Assembly (NCBI RefSeq): GCF_009914755.1 | Contig: NC_060926.1 | Strand: one strand, 5' to 3' | Length of the DNA: 64,000 nt | From: the human T2T-CHM13v2.0 reference genome, Homo sapiens | Part shown: piece after piece, positions 1 to 15,770 of the stretch | Position numbering within the stretch: position 1 is the stretch's first letter | How the letters are laid out: every line of letters starts with the position of its first letter | Position numbers and translations under genes: made by a program | Notes under the pieces: model-generated | What the model saw: only the letters and a program-made list of their open reading frames with translations | Told to the model about the DNA's origin: nothing | Database searches by the model: none

Positions 1-341
1 GAAGTTTAATTAGGGTAGAACCCTTTAGTGATGTTTTGGCTGATATATCCCAAAAAGAAGCCTATGTACCAACCTGGCTCCACACTATCAAGGACAAAGT
101 CCACCCATGGATCACTGCAGCAACTCAGGACACATTGGGTAGAAGAATAAAAAGAGGGATGTTCACCAAGAAAAAGCACTCACCTACATAATTTCTAGAA
201 GAGCCCAGACCAACTGTCAATATTAAGTAAGACTTTCAAGTCTGTTTTCTCAGTACAATTCTAAAGAAGCATACTTAGAAATGTTTGGAAAAAGAAGTTA
301 CCATGATACAGGAGGAATATAAGAACAAGAACAAATTCTTT

Positions 342-554
342 TTTTTTTCTTTTATTATTATTATACTTTAAGTTTTAGGGTACACGTGCACAATGTGCAG
401 GTTAGTTACATATGTATACATGTGCCATGCTGGTGTGCTGCACCCATTAACTCGTCATTTAGCATTAGGTATATCTCCTAAAGCTATCCCTCCCCCGTCC
501 CCCCACCCCACAACAGTCCCCAGAGTGTGATGTTCCCCTTCCTGTGTCCATGTG
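342..554 (-). mobile_element. 5'-truncated young L1 (L1PA2/PA3-like) 3' end
   Basis: Near-consensus L1PA 3'UTR with the GAG (not ACA) diagnostic and a poly(A) tail. Perfect 15-bp TSD aagaacaaattcttt at 327-341 and 555-569. Confidence 0.93.
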
Positions 555-759
555 AAGAACAAATTCTTTAAAGCCAATACTGTGATTGTCAGACTAAAAA
601 TAATAACAAAGTTCTAAATAGCAGCAATGACAAAGCTAAAAACTGAATTAGTAAATTAGAAGGCAAACACACAGGGAAAAATGATGAAAAGATAAGATTG
701 TGAAGAAAAAGCAAGAGACGTGGAAGATATTTATCTTTCTAGGCTATATGATAGCAGGT

Positions 760-3250
<2,491 letters not shown>

Positions 3251-5017
3251 TTCCTCTCCCTCTTATCTGGGAATTCAAACATTTATTGAACACCTACTAC
3301 GTACAAAGTACATGGTATTTTCTCTCTCCTATCTTCCTTACACTCTCGGTACTACAAAAGATTTTTTAATGTGTTAACATAACATATCTTTACTCAAGGA
3401 TCCTGAGATGAAATATTTTATAGGAGAAATGAAGATTTCTCAGTTAATTAAAAGTCCTGGATTCACAAAAGATTTCTTCATCATTTCTTTATATGACAAA
3501 AATATAGCAAACAGCTAATAGTTTACACAGATTGAGTACCATAGTAGACAAATTCATTTCAACCCAACCTGAATTCTAATGCAGGATCTGACCTTTACAA
3601 GGTATTTGAACTTGAGGCAAGTTACTTCCCTCCTCTGGGTCTTAATTTCTTCAGATAATTAAGGAATGAGACCAGCTAGCCTCACGTTAAATAAAGTAAT
3701 ATTCTTCATGGCTTCCTCTTTCTTTCATCAAAAGGGAAGTAAATTAATTTCTCAAGCAGAGGCCTAGAAAAAGCAATTTTTAAAAAGGCAACTTCCATAG
3801 AGGCTTTGTACTACACTCTCCTATATTTTAAAAGCTTAGGAAAAACTGAACCAATCACAATAAAGACTTATCTTAGAAGATAGCTTCATTCCTGTATTCA
3901 AAATATGTACCCAGCAATGCTAAGGTATATTGTCACTGATTAATTTTATTTCTCCATCACTATAAGCAATGAAATCATATAATTATTTCTATCAGGTTTA
4001 TCATCTAGTTTTAAACTCTGCACTTTGTGAAGTATAACACTGACAAAATTTAAAGGAAGAAAAGGGAAATATCTGCATTCCCTGAGGAAAGGGTAACTGG
4101 AGAATCTCTTTTGGAGGATCAAATAGATATTATAGATCAAATAGACATCTGAATAGATTATCAAGGCTAGTCGAGACCTAAAATATGATTTGAAATATAA
4201 TCTATTCCCTCATTCCTCACAGAATGATAAAAACTACAAATGATCTATTCAAGAACACTATTGTTTACAGAACCAAAAAGTACTTTCCATAAACAACTGA
4301 CTCTTGTATTTGTTGCTGTAGGCTACATCATCAGGTATACTAAAAATTTTTAATAAAATCAATGTGACAAATTTCAAGTGAGCAAATGCCATTATAAAAC
4401 ATTACTGACCTTTCATTCATAATTTAAAAAAAGAAATTTAGATGTTCCTTGTGACTTTGGTGACTTAGGAATGAAGATTTTTTTAACAAATGTATATACT
4501 GCTAACATATTTTTTAATATATAAGCTGTTAATAAATCCTTTTCTTTGATCATAATTCAAAGCATTTCCTAATAGGCCTTTTTTCACTGATACCTATTAA
4601 TATCAGAAATATGCATATATAACATGCTATCTTGCTTACGTAGTAAATAATCAGCCAAAGACACATGCAGTACAATTTAGGTCATTAACTAGAAGGAGAA
4701 CTTTAAAATATCTTAAGCTACAAATTATATGCAAAGTCAAGGGAAGTATACAAACAGTAGAAAAATTTCTTCATAACCTCAATGTAAACCATCACAACTG
4801 ATCAATATTTACTGAACATCTACAGAGCAAATTGTCCATTGCTCTGTTAAAAAAATGAAAACATTTTTAATCATATGTTTCCATAAATATGAAGGACTTC
4901 CCTAAAATGATAAGAAACTTGGATAAGATAATGACTAGACACTTGGCAAAGAGAAACCTGTGTTTAACTCAATACTGATAAAGCCACTGGCCAACCTATC
5001 ATAAACCCAAGACCTAC

Positions 5018-5222
5018 TTGCTTCATGGCAGTCTCTCCAATTTTGTCTGAATGTTTGCGGATGCTCTCCAGAAAGTCTTTGAGATCGGACATAGAAACAT
5101 CTTTTATTTCTTCTCGAAGCTTGGGGATGTTGTCCACCATCACCTTGCAGAATCGATAGTGGCTTACTTGAGGCAGGTAGGTATGCTCTAGATGTTCCAG
5201 AGTTTTCAGTGCAGGATAATGC
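5018..5222 (-). CDS. EXOC6B: EXOC6B coding exon 6 (205 bp)
   Basis: ccttttgtag|G CAT TAT CCT ... ATG AAG CAA|gtagg. Encodes HYPALKTLEHLEH...DKIGETAMKQ, inside supplied ORF 4964-5242. Confidence 0.96.
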
Positions 5223-5491
5223 CTACAAAAGGAATTGATCACCTTTAGCTCACTCAGTTTTCTTTAGGGTTAGGCAAAATGTCTAGCCTGAATTGGTTTT
5301 CACTGTGCATTAACACAAATCCAGCATGAAGTTTTAATGAGAACATCAGTGAAAAGAATCTCAAATTATTAAAAACTAATACATACTTTAAAAGACCAGG
5401 AAATTATAATCAAAAAAAGATTTTATCCAAAGAATGCATAAGATTTAAAATAGCTACCAATAAAATTAATGACATAAGAGAAATAAAAGGG

Positions 5492-5767
5492 GCCAGGCAT
5501 GGTGGATCATGCTTGTAATCCCAGCACTTTGGGAGGCCAAGACAGGTGGATCACTTGAGGCCAGGAATTTGAGACTAGCCGGGTCAACACAGTAAAACCC
5601 CATCTCTACTAAAAATACAAAAATTAGCCAGGCCTGGTGGCGCAAGCCACCTCAGAAAGCTGAGGCATGAGAATCATTTGAACCCCGGAGGCGGAGGTTT
5701 CAGTTAGCCAAGATCACGCCAGTGCACTCCAGCCTAGAGGACGAAGTGAGACTCAATCTTAAAAAAA
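5492..5767 (+). mobile_element. AluS-like
   Basis: Dimeric Alu with TSD aagagaaataaaagg. Confidence 0.92.
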
Positions 5768-5844
5768 GAGAAATAAAAGGAAATAAAGAATGATTGTCTC
5801 AATGCCAAAAAAAAATTCATCCTATAAAATGAAGTATCCAAGGC

Positions 5845-7920
5845 TAGACTTCCAACTATGGCACACAGAAAAGCTTGGCAAATCTTCTATCCAAAGAAAA
5901 CAAATGTAAACTATCCAAAACAACTATTTCAGGGTTCTGGAAACTAAACAAAAGAGAACAACAAATCAAGAAGTGTTTATTCATAATAACTGCTCAACAG
6001 TGGGACTCTGTAGCTTTCTTGCCTGGGGCTACTTCCAACACCCTCCCCCTCTAATTCCTCCACCCCTGGTCATTGGCCATGGCTAGTCATGAAAACCAGC
6101 AGCTTTCCTGAGATGAGGGGCTGACACAATTTGGAGCAGAGGGCAAAAAACTCATATTGAGAGATGCTGTTAGTGAAAGTAGCAAACTCAGTAAAAATAA
6201 ATAAATAAATTAAGAAAAGTCTCCAGCTCTACTGGTCAAATGTTACAATTTGGGTTGGGGCAAACAACAGACCAAAGGACTAATCAGAAATTTAACGGGG
6301 AAGTCATAAAAATAAAAGACCTACAGAAGGGCTTGATAAACTCCGCAAGTTGCTAGCCGGCTGAGAGGCTATGCATACCTGCAGGCGACACCTAAAAGGG
6401 TCTAAGCAATCCACTCATCCCTGGCTGACTAGGAGGCTGTAGACAGGCACGTGGGAAACCTAAGAAGGTAGGTAAAAGTTTAAGCTGACTTTAAAACTGC
6501 TTTTAATGTAGTCCCTAACCCATATACAAACTCATTAGCAAAGACTGGAAACCTTACTCACTCAAGTTTGTTTGAGCATAACCTCTAACCAATCATTAGC
6601 TGATGACTATTTAAAAATCAAAGTGAAATATGATACCTTGCTAGATAAACAAAGACAGAAAATTCCTTGCTAGCAGACCTGCCTTACAAGAAATACTAAA
6701 GGAAGCCTGAAAGGAAATGACAGCAGATGGTAACTTGAATTCACAGAAAGAAACAAAGAACATGGGAAATAGTAAATACATGCTAAATATGAAAGACAAG
6801 TATTTTTTCTCTTTTCTTAACTTCTTTAAAAGATAAGATTTTTTAAAGCAATGATTATAACACTGTATCATTGGGTTTACAAAATATTTAAGTGTAATAT
6901 ATCTAACAATAACAGCACAAAAGAGTAGGAAAGAAATGGAGCTAATGGAAGCAAAACTACTGCTATATATTTACCAAATTTATAGCAGCAGTGACCTCCA
7001 GTAGACTGTGATAAGATGCATATTATAATCCATAGAACAACCTCTAAAAAACCAAAAATATATATCATTTGAAAATCAACAAAAGAATTCAAATAGTACA
7101 CTAAAAATATATAACACAAAAGAAAGCAGTAAAGGAGCAACAAAAACAAAACAAAAAAAGACATGAAAAATAGAAAACAAAGAAGAAAATCCAACCATAT
7201 CAATAATTACATTAAATGTGAATGGACTAAGCACTCCAATTGGAAGGCCAACATTGTCAGGACTTAAAAAGCATGATCCAACTACATATTGTCTACAAGA
7301 AACACACTTAGATTCAAAGATACAAATAGGTTGAAAGTAAAAGAGGAAAGAAGATATGCCATAAAAAAAAGAAACCACAAGGCTGGGCACAGTGGCTCAT
7401 ACCTATAATGCCAACACTTTGGGAGGTCAAGGTGGGCAGATCACTTGAGCTCAGGAGTTTGAGATCTGCCTGGGCAACAAGGCAAAACCTCATCTCTACC
7501 AAAAAAATTACAAAAAAATTAGCCAGGTGTGGTGGCGTGCACCCGTAGTCCCAACTACTTGGGAAGCTGAGGTGGGAGGATCACTTAAACCCGGGTGGGC
7601 AGAGGTTGCAGTGAGCTGAGATCAGCCCACTGCATTCTAGCCTGGGTAACAGAGTGAGACCCGTCAAAAAATAAAAATAAAAAATAAAGGAAACACAAAA
7701 GAGCTGAAATGGCTGTATTAATATGAGATACAAAAGACTTTAAGCCAACAAATATTGCTAGTAACACAGAGGGACATTCCATAAAAAAAAAAGGGATGAT
7801 ATTTGTCTAATAGGAAAGCTTCTATAAGCATAGAAGGACAAATAAAATTAAGATTAATAAAGCTGAATAGGTAGAAACGAAATAAGTTATGCAAAGAAAA
7901 CATAAGAATAAAGAGAAAAA
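5845..7920 (+). mobile_element. Old L1M fragment(s): 5'UTR-like, ORF1 end, ORF2 start
   Basis: agcagacctgccttacaagaaatactaaagg (ORF1 end) and ataattacattaaatgtgaatggactaa (ORF2 endonuclease start). Interrupted by an Alu. Confidence 0.75.
7381..7690 (+). mobile_element. AluJ/S-like
   Basis: Dimeric Alu consensus with A-rich tail. Confidence 0.92.
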
Positions 7921-7961
7921 CTGGTAACGTTTATTTGTAATGTGTACCTAAAAGATTAATA

Positions 7962-8253
7962 GGCCAGGCGTGGTGGCTCATGCCTGTAATTCCAGCACTT
8001 TGGGAGTCTGAGGCAGGCAGATCACTTGCGGTCAGGAGTTCAAGACAAGCCTAGGCAACATGGTGAAACCTCTTCTCTACTAAAAATACAAAAATTAGTC
8101 GGGCATGTTGGTGGGAGCCTGTAATCCCAGCTACTCAAGAGGCTGAAGCAGGAGAATTGCTTGACCCTAGGAGACGGAGGGTGCAGTGAGCTGAGATCAC
8201 ACCACTGCACTCCAGCCTGGGTGATAGAGTAAGACGCCATCTCAAAGAAAAAA
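7962..8253 (+). mobile_element. AluS-like
   Basis: Dimeric Alu. TSD aaaaga(g)ttaata. Confidence 0.92.
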
Positions 8254-8722
8254 GGTTAATAAACTTGAGTTGTTTTTGTAAAAAAAAAAAAAAAAAAAAA
8301 AAAATGAACAAAGAAAATTCACAAAAGAACCAAAAAGGGCCAACATATGAAAAAAAAAAAAAAAATGTTTAACTGATATGTGAAAAAATGCAAATCAAAT
8401 TGCCAAATATTTCTTAAAAAATAATTTGTAATACATCAGGGGTTTCAATAATGGAATTCACAGCCAGCTGACAAACAGGTTTTTATTAATGACACAAGTT
8501 TTCAATGAAGAATTTTAGCAAAACAACTATTTTAAGCAATTGCATTTCCAAACAAAAAAAAGATGCACAGCAGTATGTATAAGCCTCTTGAATTATAGAA
8601 TTATTTATATTAGCAAATAAAAAAACTAACCTAGATGTCTAATAAGAAGTAGTAAAAGGCTAATAAAATAGCAAAATGTTTACAATATTGTTGAATGAAA
8701 ATCATTTCAAAAAATAGATCTA

Positions 8723-8936
8723 ATTGCCTCTTGGCCTTTTGGCTAAGATCAAATTTAATATCTGATATATCTTATCAGTTTAATATCTGATACATCCTCT
8801 TATCAGAGGACAATATTTATTAAATGGATTTTTGCAGCAGGGAGATAAAATGGGAACTTATTTAGTCCACTTCATGCATCAACCTGGCATTGCAGTACCT
8901 CCAGGAATGGTGCTCTAATTGAAAAAAAAAAAAAAA
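8723..8936 (+). pseudogene. Full-length U2 snRNA retropseudogene with poly(A) tail
   Basis: attgcctcttggccttttggctaagatcaa ... ggatttttg (Sm site) ... cctggcattgcagtacctccaggaatggtgc matches U2. A15 tail at 8922-8936. aaa(t)agatct on both flanks is a probable TSD. Confidence 0.93.
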
Positions 8937-9099
8937 GATCTTACAAGTATAATCATAATATTCTTCAAAATTATAAATACTTACACATATAAATTATGAA
9001 CATGTATGCATATATGAGATATATATCACTGGAAACACACACACACACAAAAGTAGAGAGCAAAATGAGAAAAATAAATACAAAAATGTTAGGCATATT

Positions 9100-9159
9100 T
9101 TTCCTTTGGATGGCAATATTACGAGCTAATTTCCTTTGGATGGCAATATTACAAGATAA
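9100..9159. repeat. 30-bp tandem duplication
   Basis: tttcctttggatggcaatattac(g/a)ag(c/a)taa x2. Confidence 0.9.
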
Positions 9160-12100
9160 TTTTCTCCTTCATACTTTTAATTTCCTAATTTCCATGTTTC
9201 CCATGATATATTTGGTATAGGAAAAATTCAGTTCCATCCTTAAAAAGAAAAAAGACTTATAGCTCTATTTTGGACTTTAAGAATGATTTTCACAGCAGAT
9301 ACTTAAACTCTTCTTGCTCTAATGAATTTAGTACCACAAATGCTAAAGACTAGAGACTGGTTTTACTTGGTTTTTTTGTTTTGTTTTGTTTTGTTTTAAT
9401 GTTTTCCCTCATGTGTTCCAAAAATCAAAGTCTTTGTTTAAGTAAATGGAGGGAAGAAAGTTTTATTCCCCCTAAATTTAGAAATAAAAGTACAAATATA
9501 GTTAAATCTGAAATCATTGCTCTTATTAAAATTTTACAGGCTCAAAAACAATACAATTCACATGGTTTAGTGTAAACAGAATGGTGTTTATACTACAATT
9601 AGGTATGAAGAGCTATGTGCAATAAAATGCAATTCCTCTAGAGAGAAACTTTAGAACGGATAGAAAGCCAAAAATTAAGCCAAAAAGATAAACACACTTT
9701 GGGGTTTAGTTATATTTTGGAACATTGTTTATAGAATGAGGAAAATTCAACAATGTTGTCTGCAGACGCAAGGCACATTCACTGATGAGACACATGGCTC
9801 ATGCTGAAAACATCTGGTCTGTCAAATAGCTCCACATTTTTCAAGGCTAATTAGTACAAAACCCAGTGATTCCTGGCAACAAAGAATGTCACCCTATTTC
9901 CCCATTTTCCCTTCCCAGTATAGTCACATTTTAACTATAACAAATCAGTAATATTCAAATGTCTAGTCTATTTCAATATCCGTGACAGGTTAAAGAATGA
10001 TAGCCAACTAACACCTGTATAGCAGGCACCAAAAGAAAAAAAATATGTCCAGTGACCACGGAAATCCAAAATTAGATTTTGATGTACTTTTGACAATCTC
10101 CAAACATTATTAAAACTGAATCAAAAGGCAAATTCCTAAGTTTCACTTGTATGTGTGGTCACTCTCTCCCCTCTTCTCATGCAGGCTCCTTAACAGAGAT
10201 GCAATCAGAACTAAAGTAAAGAAAATAAAAGCAGAGAATAAAAGGGAGGAAGGCAGGGAAAGAGGTTCTAAATAATCCTACAAACTGAGTAACCATGATC
10301 AGAATAACAGACATGGTTGAATGCTAAAGCAAGAAGAAGAATATTGATTCCAAGCAAATTAAATTTTGGTACTTTCTTGCCATACCATGGAATTCTTTCA
10401 CAGTGATGGTTTCTAAAATTCTAGGAAGTGATCCTTGAAAGCAAATTGCAACTATCTATAAGAAATTTTTTAAAATTCAGAGTATGATAAAATATGAAAT
10501 AAAAACTTTCATCACAGAAAAATATTAGTGTCATTCCTAATCAAAGAGCATCATTAACAAATACGTAATTTCTTCTGTGCGCTAGAGATAGAAAGAGGTT
10601 CAGATGTCTTTCCCTAGGGAGCACAAAATGCAGTAGAAAAATCAGTATTTATAGCTTAAAAAAAAAAAAAAAAAAGACTTCTAGCTACGAAAGCCTAACA
10701 AGGAACAGACATGATCTCTCACTTTATAAACAAGTAGAATATTGGCAAAAATATATGAAACAGCCATTTTCAGACATTGGACATCAGGCAACATAGAACT
10801 GCTATCTCTGTAAAAAGAGAAACAAACAAGGTGAGTTTAATAATTACCAGGATTATCTACCTAAAGTTGACTTCTAGGTCATGGGCACAGCCAGAAAAAA
10901 TCAAAACAGAGCTCAGCAGCCTTGCTGACTTAAAGAATCAGTGATAGTAGCTCAGGAAAGTTGATTCAGCTTGAAGTTGTGTGGCAGAGTTCCCCAAAAA
11001 AAGAGCAATGCAGAAAAAGAACTGCAGAAATTTACACAGGGGTTCCCTTGAGTCTGCTAAGTACTAGGACAGGCATAGAGAAAGTGAAATTCCACATGGA
11101 TAGGTAAAAAGAAGGAAGGAAGGGAGAGAGTGGGAGACCAGCCAGGGGAAGGTAAGATGAACACTTCAACAATCTCAGACAAGGCAGATAAACATTCAAA
11201 CTCTGAACAGTCAAAATGAAGAGTCGTTGGGGACTCCTGAGCTATTCAGAGTAGATTATAGACGGATCAAGTCTTACTTAGTAAAGCTGAACTTCCCTGG
11301 AATAAAGGTGGGCCTTTAAGCAGAGCTTAAAAATTGGGTTTGAAGGTAACAAACTGATCTGCAATCAACTCACCATTCGCTAAAACAAAGCCCAACACTC
11401 TCTAAAGGAAAAAAAAAGCACCCCAAAATCCAGAGACTCATCAACATAATGTTCATTAATCAATCAAAAATTTCTGGACATGAAAAGAAGCAAAGAACTG
11501 ACCTACAACCAGGAAAAACAAAATCAATCTGCAGAAAGATCTAAAAAAATACCAGAAGTGGCAGAATTCGCAAAGGAGTACATAAAAACAGCAATTAGAA
11601 CAATGTACATGTATGTAAAGAAAAACAAATAATAAAAGAAATAAAACATAAAAAGCTAAATGTAACTTCTATACATGAAAAATATATTATCTGCAATGAA
11701 AATGTCACTGAAAGGGACTAAAACATTACACAATGCAAATGAGAGAGATCAATGTGCTCGAACACAGCCATAAAATCTATCTCAAATAAAGCACAGAGAG
11801 GGCTGAGGGGGTGGGGAGAAAAGATCTTCAAGTCACCTGTGGGGTTAATCAAGCTGTCCAACATAAATATTAATATAACTAAAGTCCCAAAATGGTGATG
11901 GGAAAAGGACAAAAAAAGAGTTTGTAGAAATCAGGTCAACATTTTCCAGATTTTATGAATATTGTAAACCCACAGATCCAAGAAGCTAAACAAACCACAA
12001 GCAGGATAAATACACACATGTGTGCACATATTTACACCAAAGTGCACAAAATCAAACTGCCTGAAAACAAATGATAAAGACAAAAGTTTTAAAGCAGCTA

Positions 12101-12313
12101 GAGAAAAGACATACTACTTACAGGGAGACAAAGGTAAGGCTACTTATACATCTCTCAGAAGCCAGAAGACAATGAAATCATCATGTCTTATAAACTAATG
12201 AAACTATAAACCTCAAATTCTATATCCATCAAGGATTTTTTTTAAATGAAGGTAAACAATGAGATACTATTTCACACCCACCAGGATGGCTACATTAAAG
12301 TCAAATAATAAGG

Positions 12314-12609
12314 ATTTTTTTTTTTTAAACAGACTCTCACTCTGTCGCCCAGGCTGGAGTGCAGTGCGCCATCTCGGCTCACTGCAACCTCCGCCTCCCT
12401 GGTTCAAGCAATCCTGATGCCTCAGCCCCTCTGAGGAGCTGGGGTTACAGACACAGACCACCACACCCGCCTCATTTTTGTATCTTTAGTAGGGATGGGG
12501 TTTCACCATGTTAGCCAGGCTGGTCTCAAACTCCTGGGCTCAAGCAATCTGCCCACCTCGGCCTCCCAAAGTGCTGGGATTACAGGCGTAAGCCACCACA
12601 CCTGGCCTG
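12314..12609 (-). mobile_element. AluS-like
   Basis: Reverse-complement Alu starting with poly(T). Confidence 0.92.
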
Positions 12610-13730
12610 GGTAGACAATAATAAGTATTGGCTAGGCTATGCAGAAATTGGAAACATCTATGCTGCTGTTGGGAAGATAAAAAGGTGCAGGTGCTTTGGA
12701 AAAGAATCTAACAGTTCCTCAAAATGGTAAAACATACAGAGAGACAAAGTGCACCAAATGTTTACCATGCGACCCAGAAATTCTACTCCTAAGTATATTT
12801 GCAAGAAAACTGAAAGCATATGCTCACACAAAAGCTTGTAAATGAACATTTGTAGCAGCATTATTCGTAATAGTTAAAAAGTGATAATAACCTAAATGTC
12901 CATCAACTGATGAAAAGGTAACTAAAGCAGTATATATACAATGAGAGAGTATTCAGCCATAAAAAGGAATGAAACAGTGATACATGCTACAACATGAATG
13001 AATTTTGAAAACCTTCCATTATGCTAAGTGGAAAAAGTCAGACACAAAAGGCTGCATATTGTATGATTCCATTTATATGAGATGTTCAGAAGAGGCAAAT
13101 CTATGGGGTCAGAAAGTAGATTAGTGGTTGCCAGGGCAGCGAGGAAAGAGGAATGGGTACCCTTTTTGGGGTAATGAAAATGTCCTAGAATCAGCTAGTG
13201 ATGATGATGTTACAACCACGTGAATGTACTAAAATCTATTCAACTGTACACTTAAAAATGATGAATGTTATGATATATGAATTGTAATTCAATTTAAAAA
13301 CTGAAGGTGAAATAAATACTTTTTTCAGAAATACTGTATTTCTGAGAGAATTCATAGCCAGCAGACTGATCCAACAAGAAATATTAAAGGTTGTCATTTA
13401 ATCAAAAGGGAAAAATAATACCAGATACAAACTTGGATCTACATTTAAAATAATGTGGGTAAAATGTGAGAGTTTTTCTCTTTAATTTTTAAATTTCTTT
13501 AAAAGTTACAGCAAAAATGAACATGTGTGGCACTACACTATATTGTTGTCATAGGTCTTATGACATAATAACATAACAATAATAACATAACAACAATGAC
13601 ATAAGGGAGGGTAAAATGGAAGAATATCATTATAAGAATCTTGCATTGTGTGTGATTTGGTGTAATATTTAAAGACTCATTGTAAGTCATACATTGTAAA
13701 GATAGAAGGAACCAGGAAAAAAATAAAATA

Positions 13731-14026
13731 CAGTCAGCCCTTCATATTTGCAGGTTCCAGATCTATGAATTCAATCAACTATATTGATCAAAAATATTTT
13801 TTAAAAAACACAAATAAAACCAAACAGTGTAACAACTACTTACATAGCATTTACATTGTATTAGGTATTCTAAGTAATCTAGAGATGACTGAAAGTTTTC
13901 GGAGGATGTGTATAGGTTGTACGCAAATACCATGCCATTTTATATAAGGGACTTAAGCGTCTACACCTAGTCCCCTATCCCAGGGGTTCTGTAACCAATA
14001 CACTGAGGATACCAAGGAAAAATTGT
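13731..14026. mobile_element. MER2 (Tigger-derived DNA transposon)
   Basis: cagtcagcccttcatatttgcaggttcc ... aaccaatacactgaggataccaagg resembles the MER2 termini. Confidence 0.75.
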
Positions 14027-15394
14027 AAAACAAAGAGGTATAAATAATAGGGCATTACTAAATATAAAACAACAACCTGAAATATAGAAATTGATTTTTT
14101 AAAAAGATAAGAATACACAGAAGGAACAAAGAACAGGTAGGATAAATGGAAAATACATTAGAAGACAGTAGATTTAAACCCGTATGTTGATAATTGTATG
14201 AAATGTAAAAGATCTAAATAGTCTCATTTAAAAACAGAGATGGCCAGATGAGAGATTTTTAAAGAAAGCAAGATCATTCTACAGAATAACTGGCCTGTAA
14301 TCTTCAAAAGTAATAAAGTCATGAAAGGCAAGGAAAGGCTGAAGACAGTTCCAGACTGAAAAAGACTAAAGAGACATGACAACTAAAAGCAACATGTGAT
14401 TTGAACTGGATTCTTTTGCTAGAAAGAACATGATTGAGACAATTGGCAAAACTTGAATTGGGTATGCCGATTAAGTGCTAGAAATATTTCAAAGCTAATG
14501 TCCATTCTCTATCGCACTGTGGTTGCATAGAAGAATGTCTTTATCTGTAGGAACCACATTAAAGTAATTGGGGATGACGGTGTGTCATGTTAGCAACTTA
14601 CTTTCAACTGGTTCAAGAAAAAGACACCGTTATTTATACTGAACTTAAGAAGGTCTAAAACTAAAATTTTTTGAAACCCACAAAATAAATTTGATTATAC
14701 CAAAACTTAAAACTTCTACGCAACAAAAACTACTAATTATATAATGTTAATAGGTAAGCCATGCATTGGAAGACAATATATAACAGGAAAAGGCATCCAA
14801 AGTATATAATTCCTATAAATGAAAAAGAAAACAATAAACAACCTAAAAGTGGTCAGGAAGTAGATGAGAGAAAACCCACATGCCTAAAACCTAAATTCAC
14901 TAATAATCTAATAAAAATAAAATAAAAATCACAATAGTGATCTATCATTTCACAATCACGAGAGACTGGCAAAAACCAAAAAGTTTGACAATATAGATGT
15001 TACCAAGAGGTAGAATAACAGGACCTCCCACAAAATAACAATGGTAGGATAAATGGGAAATCACCATAGAGAACAACAATAAGATCAAAGACAATGTAAA
15101 CCCTTTCTTTGATCCAGCTGATCTCCTTCTAGATATAGACCCTAGACCAACAGAATTGGCATCACCTAGGAACGTGGCAGAAAATGCAGAATCTCAGAAA
15201 TGATCCCAGCCAGACCTATTCAATCAGAATCTATATTTAACTAATCCCTATGATATCATTTCCATGCATAGCAACATCTAAAAAACAACACTCTCAAGAA
15301 ATTTTGAATGTGAGTCCAAGGAGACAAGAACAAGGATATTCATTGTACCACTGTCTGTCATAACTACTGGAAACATACCAAATGTCCCTAATAG

Positions 15395-15770
15395 TATCAG
15401 TAAGGATAGTTATAGTAATAACCACTCCCAAACTCTCAGTGACTTAAAACAAAGATTTAAAACTTACTCATGTTATATACTCATAATGGGTTGGCAGGTA
15501 TGCTATGCTCCCTGAAGTGACTCAGGGACTCAACCAGCATCTTGGAGTTGCCATTTTTCAAGAACAAGGGAAAATAAGAGAACTCTGGAGCAAAATTAAA
15601 TGCTAAGCCCAAAAGTGATACATATCACTTCTGCTCACATCTTATCAGCCAGAAAAAGTCACATGGAACTGGGAACCCAGGAAATATACACAGGGAACCC
15701 AGGAAATATAATATTACCTTGCACCAAAGGAAGCAGCTAGAAATATTGGTGAACAGCACTTATGATAATC
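15395..15770 (-). mobile_element. MLT1-like LTR fragment
   Basis: cccaaactctcagtgacttaaaacaaag and atcacttctgctcacatcttatcagccaga are typical of reverse MLT1. Confidence 0.6.

Larger units (their letters stand above)
10677..14690 (+). mobile_element. Cluster of old L1M fragments including an L1MB-like 3' end (~12260-13300)
   Basis: ORF1-like acccacagatccaagaagct. 3' motifs aaatgtccatcaactgatga and agaaagtagattagtggttgccaggg. Confidence 0.7.

Noticed and set aside
8280-8365. Orphan poly(A) runs (also 10658-10675)
   Set aside because: No convincing TSD or attached element. Treated as simple mononucleotide repeats.
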